Below are positions 27,291-36,442 of a DNA stretch of 64,000 nucleotides, in pieces; position 1 is the stretch's first letter, and every line of letters starts with the position of its first letter. The DNA lies in NCBI GenBank assembly GCA_044464625.1, contig JBIQLC010000012.1:252-64251 (forward strand), written 5' to 3'. The notes beneath the pieces were generated by a model. The model saw only the letters and a list, made by a program, of their open reading frames with translations. It was not told the DNA's origin and searched no databases. Made by a program: the position numbers and the translations under genes. This DNA is from Afipia sp. (lineage in GTDB: Bacteria; Pseudomonadota; Alphaproteobacteria; Rhizobiales; Xanthobacteraceae).

Positions 27291-28130
27291 ATGAGCGATC
27301 GCGACCGCAAGCCCCGTTTCAAGGACCGCAAACCCGCCTTCGGCGGCAAGGACCGCGGCCGACCCCGCCCCGGCGGTGGGCCGGTCTGGCGCGGCCGCGA
27401 GGGCCGGCCGTCCGACGGCCCGGTCATTCTTTATGGCTGGCACACCGTGGCCGCCGCGCTTGCCAATCCCCAGCGGAAGATCCGCAAGCTGTTCGTTACC
27501 GAGAACGCGGCACGGCGTCTCGCTGATGAAAATATCGACACCCGCGTCACGCCCGAAATGGTGCGCCCGTCCGAGATCGACCGGCGGCTGGGGCCGGACG
27601 CTGTCCATCAGGGACTTCTGGCCGAAGCGGATGCCCTGCCCTCGCCCGGCATCGAGGCCTTGCCGAAGGACGGCATCGTGCTGGTGCTCGACCAGATCAC
27701 CGATCCGCACAATGTCGGCGCAATTCTGCGCTCGGCTGCCGCGTTCGCGGTCAAGGCCGTGGTCACCACCGCGCGCCACAGCCCGGAAGCGACCGGCGTG
27801 CTGGCGAAATCGGCGTCCGGCGCGCTCGAGCTGGTGCCGATGGTGATGGTGCAGAATCTCGCCCGCGCGCTCGGCGAAATGAAGGACACCGGCTTCATGA
27901 CCGTCGGCCTCGACAGTGCCGGCAGCGACAACCTCGCCAATATTGAGTTGCAGGCGCCGCTGGCACTGGTGCTCGGCGCCGAAGGCAAGGGCCTGCGCCA
28001 GCTCACCCGCGAAACCTGCGGCATCGTCGCCCGCATGGACATGCCGGGCGAGATCAAGAGTCTCAACGTCTCCAACGCCACCGCGCTGGCGCTTTACATC
28101 GGCGCCAGCAAGCTCGGCCTGATGCGCTGA
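27291..28130 (+). CDS. rlmB: 23S rRNA (G2251 2'-O)-methyltransferase, SpoU/TrmH family
   Basis: HQG motif, LDQITDPHNVGAILRS, VLGAEGKGLR, SLNVSNA; divergent from tRNA-Tyr. Confidence 0.9.
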   Translation: MSDRDRKPRFKDRKPAFGGKDRGRPRPGGGPVWRGREGRPSDGPVILYGWHTVAAALANPQRKIRKLFVTENAARRLADENIDTRVTPEMVRPSEIDRRLGPDAVHQGLLAEADALPSPGIEALPKDGIVLVLDQITDPHNVGAILRSAAAFAVKAVVTTARHSPEATGVLAKSASGALELVPMVMVQNLARALGEMKDTGFMTVGLDSAGSDNLANIELQAPLALVLGAEGKGLRQLTRETCGIVARMDMPGEIKSLNVSNATALALYIGASKLGLMR

Positions 28131-28142
28131 CGCGCGTGCTGA

Positions 28143-28245
28143 CCTCATCCTGAGGAGCGGCGTGCAACGCTGCGTCTCGAAGGATGAGGTGCTGTGGCCT
28201 CATGGTTCGAGACGCGAGGCATAAGCCTCGCTCCTCACCATGAGG
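28143..28245. repeat. Repeat family B, copy 2
   Basis: Shares four conserved blocks with 11745-11833. Confidence 0.85.
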
Positions 28246-28327
28246 GTTCTTAATCCTCTCGCAAACGAAACGCCCGCTCGCACCAGGTGCGAACGGGCGT
28301 CCAAGAGTTCGACAGCTCTTGGGGTAG

Positions 28328-28963
28328 TTAGTTCATGCGATGATGCGGGCGCACCGAGCGTTGCTTCGCATAGCCCGAATAACCGTTGCGCTGGACCACG
28401 CGCGGACCCGGCCGCGATGTGTAGTAATACTTGGTGCCCGGACGCTGGTAACGGTGATGATGCGGGCGACGCACCGGAGCCGGACGCACCGCGCGAGGTG
28501 CGTGATAAACGGCGCGATGATAGCGATAGGCCCTCTGCAAAGCGCGACGGCTGTAGATGCCCGGACGCTGGATGCGCACACCGTCATAGTAGTGGCTGGT
28601 GGCGTTGCCATACGGCCCGCCGTTGTAGCCGTAGTAATAAGGCTGGCTGTAGGCGTACCACCCCGACACCGCGCGTTCCTGATAGGTCGGCACCGGCGCG
28701 ACATTGCCCGGGCCGCTATAAGTCGGACCCTGGTTCACATAGTAGTACTGCGGGCCGGATGAGGACCACGGGCCGGTCGGATCCGGCAGGTGTTCGCGGT
28801 GGCCGTAACGATAGTAGTTCGCGCCATATCCGTAGTCGTAGCCATAACCGCTGGTGACGCCGAAGTTGAACCCTTGCGAGCAAGGATTATAGCAAGCCAT
28901 CGCCGGAGCTGCGCTCACCGTAAGGGCGAGCGCTGCCGCCACCGCTGCAATCGTCTGACGCAT
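28328..28963 (-). CDS. Secreted Tyr/Gly-rich hypothetical protein with basic tail
   Basis: Signal peptide ending APAMA, CYNPC, YGY repeats, Arg/His-rich C-terminus; RBS AGGAGAG. Confidence 0.7.
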   Translation of the reverse strand: MRQTIAAVAAALALTVSAAPAMACYNPCSQGFNFGVTSGYGYDYGYGANYYRYGHREHLPDPTGPWSSSGPQYYYVNQGPTYSGPGNVAPVPTYQERAVSGWYAYSQPYYYGYNGGPYGNATSHYYDGVRIQRPGIYSRRALQRAYRYHRAVYHAPRAVRPAPVRRPHHHRYQRPGTKYYYTSRPGPRVVQRNGYSGYAKQRSVRPHHRMN

Positions 28964-29000
28964 TGAACTCTCCTGTGTGTCTCTTGTTCTTGTTGACCGG

Positions 29001-29438
29001 TTACCTGCGAAATCTCTGAAAGTCGCGCGGCGCCACGATCACCTCGGGCGGATCGTAGGGAACGGGCGGCTGAACGGCCGGCGGAGCTGACTGGGCCGAC
29101 CATGAATTGTGATAGCTCTCGGCGGCCTTCGGCAGCTTGCGGTTCGGCGACGGCTCGATTTCGAGGCGGCCATAACCCGGCTTGCGGCCGAGGCTCGGAT
29201 AATAGTGCGGGACCGGCGGCAATTCGTAGCGATCCCAGCCGCCGTAAACCGTCGGCTGGATCACGAAGTGCTTGGCGAGGCCCCAATCGCTTTCGACGAC
29301 AGCATAGGACGCATCGCGGCCGTTGATGATGACAGGAACGCCGGGCTTGCCGGGAATCACCAGCACCGGTCCGGTATCGGCCAGCGCCGCCAGCGATGTT
29401 CCCACCAGAATTGCAACCGACAACGCCGCGCGCTGCAT
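29001..29438 (-). CDS. Secreted Pro-rich hypothetical protein
   Basis: Signal peptide ending ALA-DT, VIPGKPGVPVIING, HYYPSLGRKPGYGRLEIEP. Confidence 0.65.
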   Translation of the reverse strand: MQRAALSVAILVGTSLAALADTGPVLVIPGKPGVPVIINGRDASYAVVESDWGLAKHFVIQPTVYGGWDRYELPPVPHYYPSLGRKPGYGRLEIEPSPNRKLPKAAESYHNSWSAQSAPPAVQPPVPYDPPEVIVAPRDFQRFRR

Positions 29439-29606
29439 GGCGACCTCTTTCCAACTGAGGTTGCACCCTAGTCCACGGGGCCGGCACAGGTGTTAAAGCC
29501 GCTCGCCAATCTGCCGGTAAGCCTAACGCGAAAGGATACGACGCCGTTCAATTGCACAGCTTCGCGATAAGATTTTGGAAAGGGGAAGGTTAACCGCCAG
29601 GGCGGG

Positions 29607-30572
29607 TCACGCGATAGCCTCAAGACCGGCCGAGCGGCTGCCTCCCTCATCGCCGAACAGATAAACCCTGTTGCGGCCGGCGGCCTTCGCATCATACAGC
29701 GCGACGTCGGCCTCGGCGAACAAGTCCGTGATCCGCCGGCGATGGGGGCGACCGACAAGGGTAGCCCCGACTGAAGCGCCGATCTCGAGGCGAAGACCGT
29801 TCCAGAACAACGGCCGGCACAGCATCACGACGGTTTCCTGCAACACCCGCACGATCTGGGCTGGCGCCACCGGAGCGCGCAGGATCAGCGCGAACTCATC
29901 CCCGCCAATGCGCGCGACCAGGCCTGCACCGCGGAACGCCCGGCTCAACCGCATCGCGACCTCACACAGGCACGCGTCTCCAGCCGCATGGCCGAAGGTG
30001 TCGTTCAGTTCCTTGAAACGGTCGAGATCGATGAGCACGAGCGCCGAGGCCGAACCATAGTTCAGAGTGTCGCGAACGACTTCGCCATAGCGCGCCTGAA
30101 AAACAGAGCGATTCGCGAGACCGGTGAGATGGTCGGTTTCGGCCTGACGCCGCAGGCTCTCAAGTGCCTGACGATCGGCGGTGACGTCCTGCTTCGAGCC
30201 GAAGATACGAACAGTCCGCCCGCCCTCCGCGATCGCGTTGATGGAGAGCCGCATCCAGCGGCTTTCGCCGCGCCAGGTAATGATCTCGGTATCGAGTGAT
30301 ACCGCACGACCGCTTCGGATCACTTCGGCCCGCGCGAGCTCCATATTGCGCCGGGACTCGTCGACATAGAGGTCGACAATACTGGCGCGCCGCAGCGGGT
30401 TGCCCATCGGATAACCGAAGATGTCGTAAACGCCCGAGGTCCAGGTCAGACGTTCCGTCGCAAGCTCGCATTCCCATACGCCAATGCGGGCAAAGCCCAA
30501 TGCCTGATCGTAGAGACGCACCCGAACGTTGGCTGGCGGAAGCGCAGCGGCGTGGTCTGCCTCATCTCTCAT
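29607..30572 (-). CDS. PAS-containing diguanylate cyclase
   Basis: IGVWECEL PAS, DHLTGLANR, DLDRFKELNDTFGHAAGD, RIGGDEF, ALYDAKAAGRN. Confidence 0.9.
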   Translation of the reverse strand: MRDEADHAAALPPANVRVRLYDQALGFARIGVWECELATERLTWTSGVYDIFGYPMGNPLRRASIVDLYVDESRRNMELARAEVIRSGRAVSLDTEIITWRGESRWMRLSINAIAEGGRTVRIFGSKQDVTADRQALESLRRQAETDHLTGLANRSVFQARYGEVVRDTLNYGSASALVLIDLDRFKELNDTFGHAAGDACLCEVAMRLSRAFRGAGLVARIGGDEFALILRAPVAPAQIVRVLQETVVMLCRPLFWNGLRLEIGASVGATLVGRPHRRRITDLFAEADVALYDAKAAGRNRVYLFGDEGGSRSAGLEAIA

Positions 30573-30794
30573 TCGCGATCCAGCAGCCTGGCGGGGTCGG
30601 TGACACCTTCCCTTGCACTATAGCTGCGGCGTTAAGGAATTCTATAGCCGCACATGCGGCCGTCCGGCAGCGCCCCTGAATCCTTTGGGTTTGCCCCAAT
30701 GGCCAACGCCGCAGCCCGGGACCACGGCAGGGGTCAATAGCCGCATCCGCCGCGAGGGCACCAAACTGATATTTATTGATTATTTCGATTCGAC

Positions 30795-30869
30795 TGGTGC
30801 CGGTTGAGAGGATTGAACTCCCGACCTTCGGTTTACAAAACCGCTGCTCTACCGCTGAGCTAAACCGGC
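30795..30869 (-). tRNA. tRNA-Thr(TGT)
   Basis: GCCGGTTTAGCTCAGCGGTAGAGCAGCGGTTTTGTAAACCGAAGGTCGGGAGTTCAATCCTCTCAACCGGCACCA, 75 nt. Confidence 0.97.
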
Positions 30870-31060
30870 GACCGGGGTACAGCTATCAGCGCCGCCGCCG
30901 CGGGACAAGTGCACCGACCGCCCCCAACGCGCGGCCCTCGCTTCGCCTTCCAAAGCCCACCGCAGACTTCCCGACAACTGCCCTGAATTTGGTTCCCGCA
31001 TATCCGCGCTGCGGACGAAAACGCCGCACACCATTTGCGGGTGCAATTGATCCGGTTCCC

Positions 31061-31085
31061 GGAACCACACCGTCAACGTCGCGTT
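31061..31085 (+). promoter_or_regulatory. sigmaEcfG promoter
   Basis: GGAAC-N16-CGTT 37 nt before ATG 31122. Confidence 0.75.
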
Positions 31086-31121
31086 GCTTTCTCAGATTCA
31101 TTTGAGACAAGGAGGACGCAC

Positions 31122-31691
31122 ATGACGATTGCAAAATTTGCTGCTGCTGCACTGATCGGAAGTGCATTGGCGAGCGGCGCCGCGTATGCGCAGACCGCAA
31201 CGACACCTGCGAAACCTGCTCCGACCGCAGCGGCGCCAAGCACAACCGCTCCGAGCGCCTCGTCGCAGAACTTCAGCGACAGCTGGCGCGCGTCGAAGAT
31301 TATCGGCCTGTCGGTCTACAATGAATCGAACGAGAAGCTCGGCAGCATCAGCGAGCTGATCACCGACAAGTCGGGCAAGATTTCCGCGGCGATCGTCGGC
31401 GTCGGCGGCTTCCTGGGCGTCGGCCAGCATGACATCGCGGTGAACTTCGATCAGTTGAAGTTCATGGATGAACCGGTGAAGGCATCGACGGCGTCGAACA
31501 CGGCGCCGGGCGGCGCAGGCATGTCGGGTTCGTCGGGCATGTCAGGCTCGAAGTCGACCGTCGGCTCGAGCGGCGGCATGGCGGCCACCCCGACCAGGGA
31601 TCACTGGGCACCTGACCACGCCGTGATGAGCGGCACCAAGGATCAGCTCAAGGCGATGCCTGCGTTCAAGTATTCCGAATCGAACAAGTAA
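31122..31691 (+). CDS. Secreted PRC-barrel domain protein
   Basis: RBS AAGGAGG, signal peptide, WRASKIIGLSVYNESNEKLGSISEL...IVGVGGFLGVG. Confidence 0.88.
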   Translation: MTIAKFAAAALIGSALASGAAYAQTATTPAKPAPTAAAPSTTAPSASSQNFSDSWRASKIIGLSVYNESNEKLGSISELITDKSGKISAAIVGVGGFLGVGQHDIAVNFDQLKFMDEPVKASTASNTAPGGAGMSGSSGMSGSKSTVGSSGGMAATPTRDHWAPDHAVMSGTKDQLKAMPAFKYSESNK

Positions 31692-32119
31692 CGAGGACGC
31701 TGGCCAGTTAGCCAGGATTCGGAATCGATTGAATCCCATGAGGAGCGGTGCGCGAGCGCCGCTCCTTTTGCTTGCGCAGACGTTTACAGAAACGACAGCA
31801 GACAAACGCTGTTGACGACGACCGCCGCAGCCAACAGGACCGCAAGCGCGCCGCTCAGCGAGCCGCCTTCGTCTGAAACATCGGAAAGTCGAATCATCTT
31901 CGTCATGCGGAACATCTGACGGAGATTCGGGGGAAGAGTCCCGATGATTGTTTTTTCGGAGTCATCTTGCGGACGGATCGATTCCGAGTCCGTCTGACCG
32001 AGTCGCATCGCCCCTTCCCACCCCAACATACCCAGCCTGCGCGTATGTCACGCTACAAGCACTTGTGTCACGCGACACGAATTGCAGAATGATCCTGACA
32101 ACAGGGGAGCAGACGACAA

Positions 32120-33313
32120 ATGACCGCGAAGAGTCTCATGAACGAATTTCCGCCGGCGCAGGATCGACTTGTGACACTCGCCAACTGGCGCACCCAGCCG
32201 TTCAATGACTGGAGCTATCGCAACGTCCGCCGCCTGCTGCCGACAGCCGATATTCCGGCTTCGCGCACGCCGTCACGACTGGAATATGCGCCGCAGACCA
32301 TCGACGTCTCGTTCAAGGACCCCGACGGCAAGACGATCCCGCTGACGACGTGGCTGCGCGGCACACGGACCAACGCCTTCGTGGTGATGCGGCAGGGACG
32401 CGTCGCCATGGAGTGGTACGGCGAGGGCATGAACGGCACCACGCCGCATATCGTGTTCTCGGTCAGCAAATCGATCTGCGGCGCGCTCGGCGGCGTGCTC
32501 GCGGAGCGCGGCATTCTCGATCCGGACTGCCCTGTCACCGACTACATTCCCGAGATCGGCGCGAGCGTTTACGGCACCAAGGGCTGCACCGTGCGCCATC
32601 TGCTCGACATGTCGGTCGGCATCAAGTTCGAGGAAGACTATCTCGATCCGAACGGCGACGTTGCACGTTACCGCCGCGCGGTGGGTTGGGACGTCACCCC
32701 GCCCGGCCAGCCCCTCATCGATCTGCGCAGCTTCCTCGGTATGCAGAAGCCCGACGGCACCAATCACGGCGAGACCTTCCACTATGTCTCGACCAACACC
32801 GACACATTGGGCTGGGTCTATGAACGCGCCGCCGGGCGCGCGCTGTCCGATCTGCTCAGCGAGTATCTGTGGCAGCCGATGGGCGCGGAAACCGATGCCT
32901 ACATCACCCTCGATGCCCATGGCGCGATGCGCGCCGCCGGTGGCATCTGCGCCGCGCCGCGCGATCTTGTGCGTTTCGGCGAGATGATCCGGCGCCGCGG
33001 CGTGGTCGATGGACGGCAGGTGGTGCCGGGCACATGGATCGACGACATCAACGAGAACGGCAGCGCCGAAGGATGGGCGCGTGGCGACTTCGCTGATCTT
33101 TTCCCCGGCGGGCACTATCGCAGCAAGTTCTACCAGATCGACCGCAAGCGACAGACGCTCGCCTGCCTCGGCATCCATGGCCAGTACATCTACATCGATC
33201 CGCCGTCGGAGACCGTCATCGTCCGCGTCGGCTCGGATCACACGCCGCTCGACATCCCGGCGACACAGACATGGCGGCGTTCGTTCGACGCCATCGCGGC
33301 GTATTTTTCATGA
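32120..33313 (+). CDS. Serine hydrolase, NylB (6-aminohexanoate-dimer hydrolase)-like
   Basis: LANWRTQPFNDWSY, FSVSKS (SxxK), LLDMSVG, FHYVSTNTD, GIHGQYIYIDP. Confidence 0.85.
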   Translation: MTAKSLMNEFPPAQDRLVTLANWRTQPFNDWSYRNVRRLLPTADIPASRTPSRLEYAPQTIDVSFKDPDGKTIPLTTWLRGTRTNAFVVMRQGRVAMEWYGEGMNGTTPHIVFSVSKSICGALGGVLAERGILDPDCPVTDYIPEIGASVYGTKGCTVRHLLDMSVGIKFEEDYLDPNGDVARYRRAVGWDVTPPGQPLIDLRSFLGMQKPDGTNHGETFHYVSTNTDTLGWVYERAAGRALSDLLSEYLWQPMGAETDAYITLDAHGAMRAAGGICAAPRDLVRFGEMIRRRGVVDGRQVVPGTWIDDINENGSAEGWARGDFADLFPGGHYRSKFYQIDRKRQTLACLGIHGQYIYIDPPSETVIVRVGSDHTPLDIPATQTWRRSFDAIAAYFS

Positions 33314-33470
33314 GTCAGGATAACGCTCAGGAGCGCGAAGCCATCGCCGGACATTTAGCTGGACTGCATGGAATTCCGTTGGCTGCGACAACGCAGTCGA
33401 GCATGGTTGTTGTTCTCTGGACTACGGGCGAACATAATCGATAACCCTTATCGCGGCGCAGGAGTGTATA

Positions 33471-34829
33471 ATGGTCATATTGAATCAAACCCGTACTTAT
33501 TGCTGTTTCCTGTTTGCTTTCGTGTTGAGTGCACTCCTCGCACAACCTTTGTCGCCTGCTTTTGCCCAGCAGCCACCCGCAGAGACACTTTTCCGCAATG
33601 TCCGCGTGCTGGATGTGACCAGCGGCCGTCTCGGCTCGCCTACCAACGTCGTGGTCCGCGGCAACACGATCGCCGCCATTGCATCGTCCGCGAACGCGGG
33701 CTCCGGCGCCAAGATCATTGACGGCAACGGCCGCACATTGATGCCGGGCCTGATCGATGTGCACGTTCACATGACGTTCGGGGCGCTTTCGCTGAGCAAT
33801 CTCTACGATCCAAAAACGACGCCCGAGCAACTTGGCGCCGCGACAGCGAAATCGGCGAACGAAATGCTGCTCCGTGGCTTCACAGCCGTGCGCGACATGG
33901 GCGGGCCGATCTTTCCGCTCAAGCGCGCCATCGACAGCGGCAAGATTCAAGGCCCGCGCATCTGGCCATCGGGAGCGGTCATTTCGCAAACCTCTGGCCA
34001 CGGCGACTTCCGCACGCCGGACGAGCGTTCACGCCGCTTCTTCGGCAAGCCTTCCCGCGCCGAGGAGGAAGGTGCGACCTTCATCGCCGATGGCCGCGAC
34101 GAGGTCCTGACCGCGACGCGCGAAAATCTCAGAATGGGCGCAAGCCAGATCAAGATCATGGCCGGCGGCGGCACGTCGTCGGCTTACGATCCAATCGACG
34201 TCACGCAGTATACGCTCGACGAGATGAAGGCGGCTGTCGATGCGGCCTCGGACTGGAACACCTATGTCACGGTCCACGCTTACACGCCCCGCGCTGTCCA
34301 GCGGGCAGTCGCGGCGGGCGTCAAGTGCATCGAGCACGGACAATTGCTCGACGAGCCGACCATCAAGCTGTTGGCCCAGAAAGGCGTCTGGCTGAGCGCG
34401 CAGAACCTTATCCCGAATACGCCGAGCATGACTGAGGAGCGGCGCGCCAAGCGCAAGGGCGTCCTTGAAGGCAATGCCCATATGTTGCCGCTGGCCAAGA
34501 AATATCATGTCAAGCTCGCGTGGGGCACGGATATTCTGTTCGAGCCCGAACTCAACGCCGAACAGAACCGTCTGATCCTGCCGCTGAAGCAATGGTTCAC
34601 CCCTGCCGAGATTCTTCGGCTGGTCACCCACGACAACGCCCAACTTCTCGCGCTCAGCGGCCCGCGCTCGCCCTATCAGGGCAAGCTCGGTGTGGTCGAA
34701 GTCGGAGCACTCGCGGATCTCCTTCTTGTCGAGGGAAATCCGCTCACGAATATCGACCTCCTCGCCGACCCGCAGAAGAACTTTACGGTCATCATGAAAG
34801 ACGGCGTGATCTACAAGGGCGGTTCGTAA
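33471..34829 (+). CDS. Secreted metal-dependent amidohydrolase (Xaa-Pro dipeptidase-like)
   Basis: Signal peptide, LMPGLIDVHVH, GFTAVRDMGG, QIKIMAGGG, VHAY, CIEHG, WGTD. Confidence 0.88.
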   Translation: MVILNQTRTYCCFLFAFVLSALLAQPLSPAFAQQPPAETLFRNVRVLDVTSGRLGSPTNVVVRGNTIAAIASSANAGSGAKIIDGNGRTLMPGLIDVHVHMTFGALSLSNLYDPKTTPEQLGAATAKSANEMLLRGFTAVRDMGGPIFPLKRAIDSGKIQGPRIWPSGAVISQTSGHGDFRTPDERSRRFFGKPSRAEEEGATFIADGRDEVLTATRENLRMGASQIKIMAGGGTSSAYDPIDVTQYTLDEMKAAVDAASDWNTYVTVHAYTPRAVQRAVAAGVKCIEHGQLLDEPTIKLLAQKGVWLSAQNLIPNTPSMTEERRAKRKGVLEGNAHMLPLAKKYHVKLAWGTDILFEPELNAEQNRLILPLKQWFTPAEILRLVTHDNAQLLALSGPRSPYQGKLGVVEVGALADLLLVEGNPLTNIDLLADPQKNFTVIMKDGVIYKGGS

Positions 34830-34835
34830 CCGAAC

Positions 34836-35312
34836 TCAATTCATCGCCACGATACCGGCATTGAGTGTCGTGGCGTAGGCTACCCAAGCGAGATACGGCA
34901 CCAGCAACCAGGCCGCGGGGCGATCGACCCGCGCACTCGCGGCCATGGTCATAGCGATCGCGATCAGCAGCACCGCGATCACGATCAGCGCTGCGACAAC
35001 GGCATGGGCGCCGAAGAAAATCGGCGACCATGCCGCGTTCAACACCAGTTGCATCATGAAATAGTTCACCGCCCTGCTCCGCTGCGGCGATGGCGGGACC
35101 TTGTCCCACAGCCGCCACAGCGCGATCGCCATCAGCACATACAGAATCGTCCAGACGACTGGAAACACCACCGCCGGCGGCGTCCACGCCGGTTTCGCCA
35201 GCGCGGCATACCATGTCGCGATCTGCGGACGGGTGGAGATCGATTCGAGAAAACCAACGGCGAGACACAGAAGCAAACAAAGCAGCAGGCGGCCGGCGGA
35301 TTTCAAAGTCAT
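34836..35312 (-). CDS. tspO: TspO/MBR tryptophan-rich sensory protein
   Basis: WYAALAKPAWTPP...FPVVWTILY, LNAAWSPIFFG, LVPYLAWVAYATTLN. Confidence 0.93.
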   Translation of the reverse strand: MTLKSAGRLLLCLLLCLAVGFLESISTRPQIATWYAALAKPAWTPPAVVFPVVWTILYVLMAIALWRLWDKVPPSPQRSRAVNYFMMQLVLNAAWSPIFFGAHAVVAALIVIAVLLIAIAMTMAASARVDRPAAWLLVPYLAWVAYATTLNAGIVAMN

Positions 35313-35342
35313 GATGCCTCACGAACAAAGATCATGAATTTT

Positions 35343-35585
35343 TCAGCTGGCGATTGCCCCGACCAGCAACGGGCTCACAGCGTTGGCCAGCATGAGCACC
35401 CAATCGGAGCGCAGCGCCCCATAGGCGATCCATAGCAAGAGGCCGACGCCGAGCGCGGAGAATGTGCCGATCGAAATGTCGTGCGTCGCACCGCGCGCCG
35501 ATGCCTTCTTGAGTTGGGGAATATAAGACAGGCTCGTGAGCCCCACGGCGACGAGACCCAGGCCGGACACGAGATGATCGAACAT
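35343..35585 (-). CDS. SemiSWEET / PQ-loop sugar transporter (possibly C-terminally shortened)
   Basis: LSYIPQLKK, THDISIGT, LWIAYG, MLAN; 80 aa from ATG 35585. Confidence 0.75.
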   Translation of the reverse strand: MFDHLVSGLGLVAVGLTSLSYIPQLKKASARGATHDISIGTFSALGVGLLLWIAYGALRSDWVLMLANAVSPLLVGAIAS

Positions 35586-35592
35586 TCCGGTC

Positions 35593-35618
35593 AACGGCGC
35601 GCCGTCGTCAATCGTTCC
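35593..35618 (-). promoter_or_regulatory. sigmaEcfG promoter for SemiSWEET-tspO
   Basis: Minus strand GGAAC (35618-35614), N17, CGTT (35596-35593). Confidence 0.7.
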
Positions 35619-35620
35619 CG

Positions 35621-36034
35621 CTAACGTCCCAGCTTTTCCATTTCGGGGAACGGCGCGAAGGTCACATTCTCGCAGATATCCTTGCCCTCCTCGATCAATC
35701 GATCGAGACGGCCATCGACGTAAAGCGCGGCGCGAACACGCGCGGCGCCGATGCGTCCGTCCGGCTCGCGCGTGCTGTAGCGCAGACACGTGACATAGCG
35801 CAGCCGCCCGCCCACGGTGCGCTGAACGGGCTCGGCGATCATCGCACCGCGCACACTGCCCGGGTCGTTCAGATAGGTGCGCAGAAACGCCAGCAATTCA
35901 GGACGATAATTGTTCGGATAAGGCTGACTATCGATGCCGCGGTCAGCCGTATAGCTCAGACTGTCGTTGTTGCTGGTCGCACACGCCGCCAACAACAATG
36001 CCAGCGCGATGGCTGCTGCCGCCCTGCCCTTCAT
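35621..36034 (-). CDS. Putative lipoprotein, unknown function
   Basis: LALLLAA-C lipobox, QPYPNNYRPELLAFLRTYLNDP, two further Cys. Confidence 0.75.
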   Translation of the reverse strand: MKGRAAAAIALALLLAACATSNNDSLSYTADRGIDSQPYPNNYRPELLAFLRTYLNDPGSVRGAMIAEPVQRTVGGRLRYVTCLRYSTREPDGRIGAARVRAALYVDGRLDRLIEEGKDICENVTFAPFPEMEKLGR

Positions 36035-36147
36035 TCGTATCCACCCACTGTCGCCAATTTACCACTCGCCTCCCGGAAGTCCGCGCTCCGCCCGGCCGCA
36101 GACATTGTGGCATTGACAAGGCAGGCGCCGAACGATTGATTGCCGAC

Positions 36148-36360
36148 ACGGCACAGGTGCCGGCGCGAGCCGGCTAATAGGGAATTCGGTGCCGCCGCAA
36201 CCGGCGTTCTGCATTTTGCATGGATGCCCGGCTGCAGCAAAGCCGAAGCTGCCCCCGCAACTGTCAGCGGTGAGCCGTTGTCCACAATGCCACTGAGCAT
36301 CCGCTCGGGAAGGCGGACAACGGCGGCGATCCGCGAGCCAGGAGACCTGCCTGTACCGGT
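36148..36360 (+). ncRNA. Cobalamin (AdoCbl) riboswitch
   Basis: AGGTG...ATAGGGAA, GCCCCCGCAACTGT, GCCACTG, GGGAAGG, AGCCAGGAGACCTGCC; upstream of a TonB receptor. Confidence 0.93.
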
Positions 36361-36442
36361 CATCCTTCCGGCGCACGGGGCGTGCGATGGAGCGGCGTTT
36401 CCGCAGCGGTGACACGACCCAACCGTTGCGGAGAACAGGCAG

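Noticed and set aside
31784-31915. Possible 43-aa single-TM protein on the minus strand
   Set aside because: Hydrophobic C-terminus is suggestive, but there is no clear RBS or family match; needs Ribo-seq
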